DNA of 41,835 bases from a virus. Made by a program: the position numbers and the translations under genes. Below the pieces are notes generated by a model. It worked only from the letters and a program-made list of their open reading frames with translations, had not been told where the DNA came from and searched no databases. Below are positions 14,362 through 20,774 of this stretch, piece after piece; the stretch's first letter is position 1; every line of letters starts with the position of its first letter. The stretch is from the IMG/VR virus record IMGVR_UViG_3300045988_111952; one strand, given 5' to 3'.

Positions 14362-14428
14362 TATACGCTGCCTTATCCGGCAGTTGGTGAAGCATGGCAA
14401 TAAATTCCTGATCGCTGATTTCCTGCAT
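14291..14428 (-). CDS. Small ORF (45 aa) resembling the repressor C-terminal helix pair
   Basis: Strong RBS AAAAAGGAGAACGACC-ATG. EFIAMLHQLPDKAAYINYLKAL compares with repressor EALDIMHQLPPEKRAAGLAMLRGL. Its 3' end overlaps the repressor 3' end antisense. Confidence 0.45.
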   Translation of the reverse strand: MQEISDQEFIAMLHQLPDKAAYINYLKALAASPDPPPVSPAAAGA

Positions 14429-14714
14429 GGTCGTTCTCCTTTTTATGTAGCTGCTGTTTTCAATACCACTATAACACAACCATCGGTTGTATTCTAGTGG
14501 TAAAATGCACAAAAAATGGTTGTCAATGCTTTACAATCCGATTTTTGGGACGTTTACGGCGACCATGCTTAGGCGGCAGCTGCGGGCGAACGATTACAGA
14601 CATTGTTGAAACCTCCCTTATATTGTAGTTGATGTATACAGTATAGGGGAGAGCCAGCACGAAAAAGCGCGAAGCGGCGCGGGGATTTAGCAGATTGAAC
14701 AAAGGCGGTGCAGA

Positions 14715-15464
14715 ATGCCAAAACCATTGGTATACTGGCAACTGGATGTACAGAATGACTACGTGCATACAAGTCCGTCATGCCATGATATTGTAAATGC
14801 AAAAAATGTTAGGTGCGGGACGGTTGAGGACGCACATAAAACGGGACACAATAGAGCCTGTCCATGTTGTGGTGTAGTCGAAAAGTCAAAAAAAGATATG
14901 GTTGAAAAATCAACCGCCTATATATGGGTTTTCTTAACCGTTATTATAATGGGAAATTTACTCTGGATAGTTGGCACTTCCAGCAATCAAGATAATTACA
15001 ACAAAGGATATGATGCCGGTTATGATGCAGGATATAAAGATGGGCAAAAAACTTTAGGTAAACCAGAAGATACGAGCAAGCCAGTTCCAACTATAAAACC
15101 GACGCCGATTGCTACTCCAAACGGCGCGAAAACTCAAGGGAGTTTCAAAGTAACAGCAACAGCCAATATGATTTATAATAATCACGTTGGCAACGATTGG
15201 CAGTATTATTTTGAAGCGGGAAACGAACAATTACCAGCAACGATAAATTGCCGCGTCGGGGATGAGGTATCACTGTATGCAGAAATAACAGAAGATGACA
15301 ACGTGCCGGACGTCGGAAGCTGGGACGGATATGTTACAATCGAAGATGGAGATTTTGAGACCGGATTTACCGTAACAGAAGATGTTTATGTGTATGAAAC
15401 AAGCGGAAGGTATTCCGGAAATGAAGCAAAGTTTGAAGTAACATGGGATTTTGAGCCACAATAA
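14715..15464 (+). CDS. Moron-like membrane protein (N-terminal Cys/His metal-binding-like motif, one TM helix, beta-rich C-terminal domain)
   Basis: 249-aa ORF in a clearly AT-richer island between repressor and integrase. YVHTSPSCH...CPCC motif, TM AYIWVFLTVIIMGNLLWIVG, YDAGYDAGY repeat. Confidence 0.75.
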   Translation: MPKPLVYWQLDVQNDYVHTSPSCHDIVNAKNVRCGTVEDAHKTGHNRACPCCGVVEKSKKDMVEKSTAYIWVFLTVIIMGNLLWIVGTSSNQDNYNKGYDAGYDAGYKDGQKTLGKPEDTSKPVPTIKPTPIATPNGAKTQGSFKVTATANMIYNNHVGNDWQYYFEAGNEQLPATINCRVGDEVSLYAEITEDDNVPDVGSWDGYVTIEDGDFETGFTVTEDVYVYETSGRYSGNEAKFEVTWDFEPQ

Positions 15465-15562
15465 AAAAGCCCCTGCCGGTGGGTCGAGCACCGACAAGGG
15501 CAAAGGGTGTCAGCTTTTGGCTGGCATCTTTTAGTATATAGCGATTTTAGGAGGGTGTCAAC

Positions 15563-16678
15563 ATGGCTAGAGCAAAAGCGCGGGCCGATGGGCTGATTGA
15601 ACGAACAAAAACCTATGACGGTAAGCGGGTACACTTTTACGGCAAGACCGCGAAAGAGGTCGCCGCGAAAATTGACGAGTACGAACGCCAGCGGGAAGCG
15701 GTAAAAGAGAATGGCCCGCTATTTGAGGATGTGGCCGGCGAATGGTGGGAGACCCATTTAAAAAATATCAAGGCCGGCGCAGAAAGAGCCTACAAGGGAA
15801 GCTACAAGGCAGCGCTGGAAGAGTTTAGCGGGTACCGCATGAAAGAGATAACCCCTGCTGTGGTGTCGCTGTGGGGCGAGAAATACAAGGCCGCAGGCTA
15901 TGCAGGGAAGACGGCAAGCAACGCCCGGAGCGTGTTGTCTTGTGTGTTCAAGTTTTGGTGCGTCCGGGATGGCGAAACATACAACCCGGTGGCAGTTACG
16001 GATTTGCCGCGAGGAATGAAAAAGGAGCGCCGGGAGCCGCCCACGGTGGAACAGCTGGAAACGGTCAAGGCACACCCGGAGGGGTTCGGGCTGTGTGCTT
16101 GGCTATTCATGTACACCGGCTGCAGGTTGGGCGAGGTGCTGGCGCTGCAATGGGGGGATGTGGATTTTGAGAAAAACAGAATCAGCATTTCCAAAGAAGT
16201 GGCGTGGATAAACAATCAGCCGGTTGTGCAAGCGCCGAAAACCGCAAACGGAGTGCGCGTTGTGCCGCTGTTGACGCCGCTGCGGGCCGTGCTAGAGCCG
16301 TTACGCGGGGCAGATAGTGAATATATACTCGGAGGGGAAAGACCGCTGACAGGAACGGCGTATCAGCACAGATGGGCCTACTATTGCAGAGATGTGGGCA
16401 TGGCACACTGCACCGTGCAGACGAGGAAGAACAAACATAGGGGCAAGGTGTACGATACGGCGGTAAAGGTGTGGAAAGCAGATGTCACGGCGCATCAGTT
16501 CCGGCACGAATACGCCAGCATGTTATATGCGGCGGGCATTGGCGAGCTGGAAGCGCAGCGCCTTATGGGGCACGCTGACATCACGACAACACGGCGAGTA
16601 TATACACATATCCGAGAACGCCAGCTCGATACAGCAGGAGCAGCACTGGAAAAATTTATAAACGATAAAACGATATAA
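15563..16678 (+). CDS. int: Tyrosine recombinase / phage integrase
   Basis: AGGAGG RBS. C-terminal catalytic stretch HQFRHEYASMLYAAGI...LMGHADITTTRRVYTHI (R..H-x-x-R..H..Y). Confidence 0.95.
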   Translation: MARAKARADGLIERTKTYDGKRVHFYGKTAKEVAAKIDEYERQREAVKENGPLFEDVAGEWWETHLKNIKAGAERAYKGSYKAALEEFSGYRMKEITPAVVSLWGEKYKAAGYAGKTASNARSVLSCVFKFWCVRDGETYNPVAVTDLPRGMKKERREPPTVEQLETVKAHPEGFGLCAWLFMYTGCRLGEVLALQWGDVDFEKNRISISKEVAWINNQPVVQAPKTANGVRVVPLLTPLRAVLEPLRGADSEYILGGERPLTGTAYQHRWAYYCRDVGMAHCTVQTRKNKHRGKVYDTAVKVWKADVTAHQFRHEYASMLYAAGIGELEAQRLMGHADITTTRRVYTHIRERQLDTAGAALEKFINDKTI

Positions 16679-16682
16679 TTGA

Positions 16683-16716
16683 AGCCCGGTTGCATGGTGC
16701 AATCGGGCTATTTTTT
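16683..16716 (+). terminator. Intrinsic terminator after int
   Basis: agcccggttgca-tgg-tgcaatcgggct hairpin followed by T6. Confidence 0.75.
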
Positions 16717-16771
16717 ACGACACTTTTACGACATCTTGAAAAAATAAAAGCGTTTACGACACTTTTACGAC
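16714..16771 (+). promoter_or_regulatory. Putative integrase arm-type sites: 19-bp perfect direct repeat TTTACGACACTTTTACGAC x2
   Basis: Copies at 16714..16732 and 16753..16771. A third related pair, TACGACACAAATACGACA, lies at 16931..16948 on the other side of the core. Confidence 0.55.
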
Positions 16772-16817
16772 GCGAAAAATAACATGCTTGAACATATAGA
16801 GACATTGAAAAACATAG

Positions 16818-16866
16818 AAAAAGAGCGCATCTACGTTTACAATTCGTAGATACGCTCTTTTTAAAA
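16818..16866. terminator. Long hairpin / terminator immediately downstream of the tRNA 3' fragment (minus-strand sense)
   Basis: aaaagagcgcatctacg-tttacaatt-cgtagatacgctctttt, with T-runs on both strands. Confidence 0.65.
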
Positions 16867-16894
16867 TGGTGCAGCCAACAGGACTTGAACCTGT
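16867..16894 (-). other. attP core candidate: 3'-terminal 28 nt of a tRNA (T-arm + acceptor + CCA)
   Basis: The minus strand reads ACAGG-TTCAAGT-CCTGT-TGGCTGC-A-CCA. There is no D or anticodon arm upstream, so it is a fragment and not a gene. Confidence 0.7.
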
Positions 16895-16930
16895 ATATAT
16901 ATTCGATGTATCGTAGATAATGCGGTTTTA

Positions 16931-16948
16931 TACGACACAAATACGACA
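16931..16948 (+). promoter_or_regulatory. Third TACGAC pair (putative arm-type site)
   Basis: TACGACACAAATACGACA. Confidence 0.45.
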
Positions 16949-16984
16949 TTTCAAACGAATAAATCAAAGATGGCTTGCAGCTAT

Positions 16985-17167
16985 TCAATCGTAGATTTCA
17001 TTAAACCAGAGCGGGCCGAAGCGGTAGGAGATCACGTAGGACGGATGCAGGCGGGCGCTGTCAGAGGCGGAGACAAGGCGGGCGCTCAACATGGTGGCGC
17101 GGCATCCGGTGGCGAAGGACGCCGCCAGCGCGGCGGCGATGATTATGACGGCAAGTGCTTTTTTCAT
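16985..17167 (-). CDS. Small lipoprotein (60 aa), possible superinfection-exclusion/moron product
   Basis: AAGGAGG RBS. Signal peptide MKKALAVIIIAAALAASFATG-C with a lipobox-like ATGC. Confidence 0.7.
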   Translation of the reverse strand: MKKALAVIIIAAALAASFATGCRATMLSARLVSASDSARLHPSYVISYRFGPLWFNEIYD

Positions 17168-17170
17168 GGG

Positions 17171-17542
17171 TTAGGCCTCCTTGTTTGCGCGGCGGATGAT
17201 CTCGGCCAGAATCTTGTGACGGTTGGCAGGCGTGGCGGGCAGAACCCAGTCGAAGTCAAGAACCATTCGCGGCTCGGTGGGGTGGCGCTTCTCGGTGGGG
17301 TTGTAGTGCCCCCAGCATCCGGCGGTGTCTGTGGCGCACACATCAACGGCCCAATAAGAGGGCAGCACTTCAGCGGTATATCCTGCCTTGTGCCAGATGA
17401 CCGGCAGGCTGTGCTTGCTGCCATCGTTGGTGCATGCGGTAAACTCTACGGCGATGCGTTCGCCGCGCGGCGTGGTACCTTCCAGCTCGTACAGGGTGCG
17501 GGTGGCGGCGCGGTGGTCGATGCTTTTAATTCCGGTAATCAT
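17171..17542 (-). CDS. Hypothetical protein (123 aa)
   Basis: AAAGGAG RBS. Operon context. Confidence 0.75.
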   Translation of the reverse strand: MITGIKSIDHRAATRTLYELEGTTPRGERIAVEFTACTNDGSKHSLPVIWHKAGYTAEVLPSYWAVDVCATDTAGCWGHYNPTEKRHPTEPRMVLDFDWVLPATPANRHKILAEIIRRANKEA

Positions 17543-17613
17543 GTGTATTGACTCCTTTCAGATTTTGGGTTATGGGGCGGGGCTGCTTTACGCTGTGCAG
17601 CCCTGCGAGAGTT

Positions 17614-18081
17614 TCAGAGACGGACAAGTCCGTAATAGTAGTGGCGCAGGCCATCAGCGACAAAGGCCATATACAAGAGGTTGCCGGCCTCGTCTTGGCT
17701 ATAAGGCTCCGTCATCACATAGCCACGTTTCCAGTCGCTGCGCAGGTCGCGGGGCAGCTTGCAAGTCGGGGCGCGGTTTAACATCTCGTTGTAAACTTCC
17801 GCCGTGATTGCTTGGCCCTTGTGCGGGCGCAGCGTTCCGTCTCGGTGCCAGTCGGCGCGGGTGTAGGTGTCGGCAGTGGGCCGGCCGGCGGCCAGGTCGC
17901 AGTAGTGGTTGAACATCAGGCGGGCGTCCTCCGGGTCGTGGGTGTGGTAGCACTCAATTTCCCGACCGTCGGGGTACATGGCCATTACTTCGATATAGCC
18001 ATATTCGGCGGTGAGGTCTGCCGCGTCGATGATGATCTTGCGGCCCTGCCAAGTGGTTTCGGTGTGGTGTAGGGTTTTCAT
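17614..18081 (-). CDS. Hypothetical protein (155 aa)
   Basis: AAAGGAG RBS. Operon context. Confidence 0.75.
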   Translation of the reverse strand: MKTLHHTETTWQGRKIIIDAADLTAEYGYIEVMAMYPDGREIECYHTHDPEDARLMFNHYCDLAAGRPTADTYTRADWHRDGTLRPHKGQAITAEVYNEMLNRAPTCKLPRDLRSDWKRGYVMTEPYSQDEAGNLLYMAFVADGLRHYYYGLVRL

Positions 18082-18147
18082 GGTGGTTGCTCCTTTTCTT
18101 TTTTAGTAGTGGGATGCCGTCGCTTTACTGTGCGGCGGCTCAAGGTG

Positions 18148-18681
18148 TCAGGCGGGGATTGTTTCGCGGTCGCGGGTCTGGTAGGACTGGCCGCTGTACT
18201 TGTTATAAATGTCTTGGTAGCTGGCCTTACGGTTCCGGCGGCTGGTGTCGCCGGTTGGGTGCCAGTAGTATTTGCAGCGGTTAGCCGACCAGCGGAAACC
18301 AAGCTTCTCGAGGGTGCGCAACCACTTGTGATTGGTGTCGGCCCAGATCCAAGAGCCGACAACGTCGAACTTCAGGCCCGGGCACTTGGCCAGCTCTTCA
18401 GCCATCTTGACGGCCTCAGCATCCTGTGCGGCCTTGGCGGCGTCCTCTGCCGCTCTGGTCTGCTCGTACTGCTGGCGGCCTTGCTTGGCCTGCTCACTGC
18501 AGAAGCGGGGAAGCGTAAGCTTCAGCTCGGCCCACTCGGCGTTGATCTCCTGCATGTCGGTGACGCTGCCGCCGTGGTCGGGGTGGTGCTTGCTGGCAAG
18601 GTCTCTATACATTGCGGTGCCTTCGGTGATGGTGCAGGGGCGGGGGTTGAACCATTTATAGGTTTTATAGGTGGTAGTCAT
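18148..18681 (-). CDS. J-domain (DnaJ-like, HPD motif) protein with an unrelated C-terminal domain
   Basis: MYRDLASKHHPDHGGSVTDMQEINAEWAEL corresponds to J-domain helix II, the HPD loop and helix III. AGGAGG RBS. Confidence 0.8.
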   Translation of the reverse strand: MTTTYKTYKWFNPRPCTITEGTAMYRDLASKHHPDHGGSVTDMQEINAEWAELKLTLPRFCSEQAKQGRQQYEQTRAAEDAAKAAQDAEAVKMAEELAKCPGLKFDVVGSWIWADTNHKWLRTLEKLGFRWSANRCKYYWHPTGDTSRRNRKASYQDIYNKYSGQSYQTRDRETIPA

Positions 18682-18735
18682 GTTGTTTCCTCCTGTGGGG
18701 GCCGCTGGGCGGTTGATCTTTGTTTCGATGGCTTA

Positions 18736-18764
18736 ATTATACATGCTTGCATGTACTATGTCAA
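18736..18764 (-). promoter_or_regulatory. Consensus sigma-70 promoter for the accessory operon (TTGACA-17-TATAAT)
   Basis: On the minus strand: TTGACA at 18764..18759, 17-nt spacer, TATAAT at 18741..18736. Confidence 0.7.
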
Positions 18765-18838
18765 CATGCTAGCATGAAGTTTGGAACATTGCACAGTTCT
18801 GCTAGCATGAATTTGTGCATTTTGTACATGCTTGCATG
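18742..18838. promoter_or_regulatory. Four CATGC-NN-GCATG palindromes (putative operators)
   Basis: catgcttgcatg at 18742..18753 and 18827..18838. catgctagcatg at 18765..18776. Imperfect ctgctagcatg at 18799..18809. The first lies in the spacer of the minus promoter and the last overlaps the -35 of the plus promoter. Confidence 0.6.
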
Positions 18839-18860
18839 ATTCGGCGCGTTGTGATATAAT
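18832..18860 (+). promoter_or_regulatory. Near-consensus promoter for the RHH gene (TTGCAT-17-TATAAT)
   Basis: TTGCAT at 18832..18837, 17-nt spacer, TATAAT at 18855..18860, preceded by TGA. Confidence 0.65.
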
Positions 18861-18890
18861 GTGGGTACTATACAAAAGGAGGTGCGCAGA

Positions 18891-19091
18891 ATGTCCAGCG
18901 ATGCAAAGCGGGCCGGGAATGCGCGGTATTTGGCAAAGCTCAAAACCATTACAGTTAGGATGCAGCCGGAAGCGGCGGAAACTATCCAGCAGGCAGCAGC
19001 AGCAGCCGGGGAGAGCGTGAACGGCTATATTTTGGCGGCAGTAGATGCGAGGCTGCAACGAGAAAATCACGATAAACCGAAAAACACTTGA
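18891..19091 (+). CDS. Ribbon-helix-helix (Arc/CopG-like) DNA-binding protein
   Basis: AAAGGAGG RBS before the ATG at 18891. YLAKLKTITVRMQPEAAETIQQAAAAAGESVNGYILAAV fits a beta-strand plus two-helix RHH layout. Confidence 0.7.
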   Translation: MSSDAKRAGNARYLAKLKTITVRMQPEAAETIQQAAAAAGESVNGYILAAVDARLQRENHDKPKNT

Positions 19092-19116
19092 CAAAATCGC
19101 ACTTGCGTAGTAAAAT
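19088..19116 (+). promoter_or_regulatory. Promoter upstream of terS (TTGACA-17-TAAAAT), candidate late promoter
   Basis: TTGACA at 19088..19093, 17-nt spacer, TAAAAT at 19111..19116. Overlaps the stop codon of the RHH gene. Confidence 0.65.
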
Positions 19117-19120
19117 GTGT

Positions 19121-19244
19121 ATAATGAGCGAACCACGCGAGGAAGCGAGCTTCCGCGGCGGGGCTCACTCATTATACAGTTTTAACGTGTCAACGCGAAA
19201 AATCAGGTTTCGGGCGTCCAGCTTTACCGCTGGGCGCTTTTTTT
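19121..19244 (+). ncRNA. Structured leader / short terminated transcript (about 120 nt) preceding terS
   Basis: ataatgag (19121..19128) pairs with ctcattat (19168..19175), enclosing the hairpin cgc-ggaagc-ga-gcttcc-gcg. An intrinsic terminator follows at 19214..19244. Confidence 0.5.
19214..19244 (+). terminator. Intrinsic terminator between the late promoter and terS
   Basis: gcgtccagc-tttacc-gctgggcgc (one G-U pair) followed by T7, 26 nt before the terS ATG. Confidence 0.75.
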
Positions 19245-19269
19245 GTTGCTATAAAAGGAGGGCGGCAAC

Positions 19270-19836
19270 ATGGCAGAAAAGAAGGCGGCGCAGGCCGTCC
19301 AGCTTGGAGAAGTGACCCGCAAGGCAATTGCAGGAGTCGAAAAGGCCAGGCAAGCAGCAGAACGCGGTGAACTCGTAGATAAGCGCGGCAACAGGATGAA
19401 CCCGGCCAGCATTGCGAATCTGCGACCAGGTACAGCAATAAAGGATATGGAACCCGAGCGGAAGCGGGAAATTCAGCAGGCAGGGCAGAAGGCCAGCGTT
19501 GAAGCCCAGAAGAAGCGCCGAACGATTAAGGAAATATATAGCGACCTGCTACAGCAACCGGACAGTGTGGGAGGGCTGGAAGATGAGGAGCTAGCACAGA
19601 CTGTCCAAGAGATGGCACAGCAGAGGGGAAAGCCGATAACTTTATATGAATCAATCGCGATTGCGATGGCGGCGAAAGCGAAGGCCGGAGACGTCAAAGC
19701 GGCGGTGTTTGTGCGGGATTCTGCCGGCGATAAACCGGCTGACCAGATGGAAATTACAGCCGAAGCGGTGACAGATGCGGATAGAGAATTGATGCAGAAT
19801 ATCCAGAAGCGGTTGCAAAAGAACGGTAACGCGTGA
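19270..19836 (+). CDS. terS: Terminase small subunit (putative)
   Basis: AAAGGAGG RBS. Basic helical N-terminus, NLRPG motif, ...AAVFVRDSAGDKP... The size and position upstream of terL are typical of Firmicute-phage TerS. Confidence 0.65.
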   Translation: MAEKKAAQAVQLGEVTRKAIAGVEKARQAAERGELVDKRGNRMNPASIANLRPGTAIKDMEPERKREIQQAGQKASVEAQKKRRTIKEIYSDLLQQPDSVGGLEDEELAQTVQEMAQQRGKPITLYESIAIAMAAKAKAGDVKAAVFVRDSAGDKPADQMEITAEAVTDADRELMQNIQKRLQKNGNA

Positions 19837-20374
19837 ATTTGCGGTTCGCTAAATAGGTATTTAGCGAAATAGTGGCCAGCAGCAGCGCGGCAGCAGGCGG
19901 AAACCGGGGCGGGAACGGTGTAGAGCAGGTGGAGCCGGACGGAGCCTGCAGAAACCGGAAACCGGGGACGGGCTGTAGATGAAGAAGGCCCGGGCGGGGG
20001 TATTTTTTTGCGGCTGTCTGCCGGGAGAGGGAAGGCGGCAGCAGGGCAGGGGGGGGACCCCCCTATAAAGGGGAGGGCGGGGCTCATAGGTAGCGCGGCC
20101 CGGTACGAATATGTCCATTCCCCCAGCGAACATAAAAATAAATTCTCTCCCATGCCACAAATATCCATGCAAAATGAAAGAAAACACGGGATTGTATCAC
20201 AAGCAAGAAGCAAGAGTACATATCCCCCCTATGAGGGAACTATACCCTGAATAGCAAAGGTTCCCTAAAAAAATAAAATTTTGAAATTTTGAGTTTCACG
20301 GTGCGGAGACAGTACCTCCTACTGCTTATGGGACTAGGGCCGTCCGCTTCAAGACCCAGCGGCCACAATACAAA

Positions 20375-20402
20375 GCGTTCTGCTACGGCAGGGCGCTTTT
20401 TT
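20375..20402 (+). terminator. Intrinsic terminator inside the non-coding region
   Basis: gcgttctgc-tacg-gcagggcgc followed by T6. Shares the 14-mer ctgctacggcaggg with the terminator at 25231. Confidence 0.65.
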
Positions 20403-20496
20403 ATTTGCAGAATAAACCCGCGAGGTGCGGGAACGGTTTGCTAAACCGATTGGCCGCCGGTGGCGGCTGGGGTTCGCGTCCTCTGTTCTGCGCCAT

Positions 20497-20578
20497 ACAC
20501 AACATGGGAGCCGGTTCGTCTAATAGGAAGGACGCGCGATACAAGGGTTCGAGTCCCTTACGGGTTGCCATGTTGTGT
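20497..20578 (+). ncRNA. tRNA-like module 1: long closing stem + D-arm + 8-nt linker + T-arm, no anticodon arm
   Basis: acacaacatgg pairs with ccatgttgtgt. D-arm cgtc-taataggaag-gacg. Linker cgcgatac. T-arm aaggg-ttcgagt-ccctt. Confidence 0.5.
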
Positions 20579-20774
20579 GTTTTATATGCTGCATAGCCAG
20601 CCGCAAACTTGGCCTGACAAGTCAATACGGCAAGGGCGCTGCGTTCCGCAAGCTACGGCGTGGCAAAGGTGCAAGACCTATGTGCAGTACCAGACGGCAG
20701 GGTCGCAACCTGTCTGTGTGAGAGTGCGCGGTATACCTCACAAATGATGACAATGGTCGTGCAAACGGCAAGCC

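Noticed and set aside
16867-16894. A complete tRNA gene next to the integrase
   Set aside because: Only the T-arm, the 3' acceptor strand and CCA are present. The upstream sequence (atatatat...) cannot form anticodon or D arms. It is better explained as the attP copy of a host tRNA 3' end.
20041-20080. G-quadruplex from runs such as gggcagggggggg...ggggagggcgggg
   Set aside because: The G8 run is followed directly by C6 and would pair as a hairpin. G4 formation cannot be judged by eye, and nothing else supports it. It is kept only as part of the structured-region description.
19473-20213. 246-aa minus-strand ORF spanning terS and the G-rich region
   Set aside because: It overlaps terS antisense and then runs through poly-G/C-derived Pro/Ala/Ser/Cys codons. 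It has no RBS.
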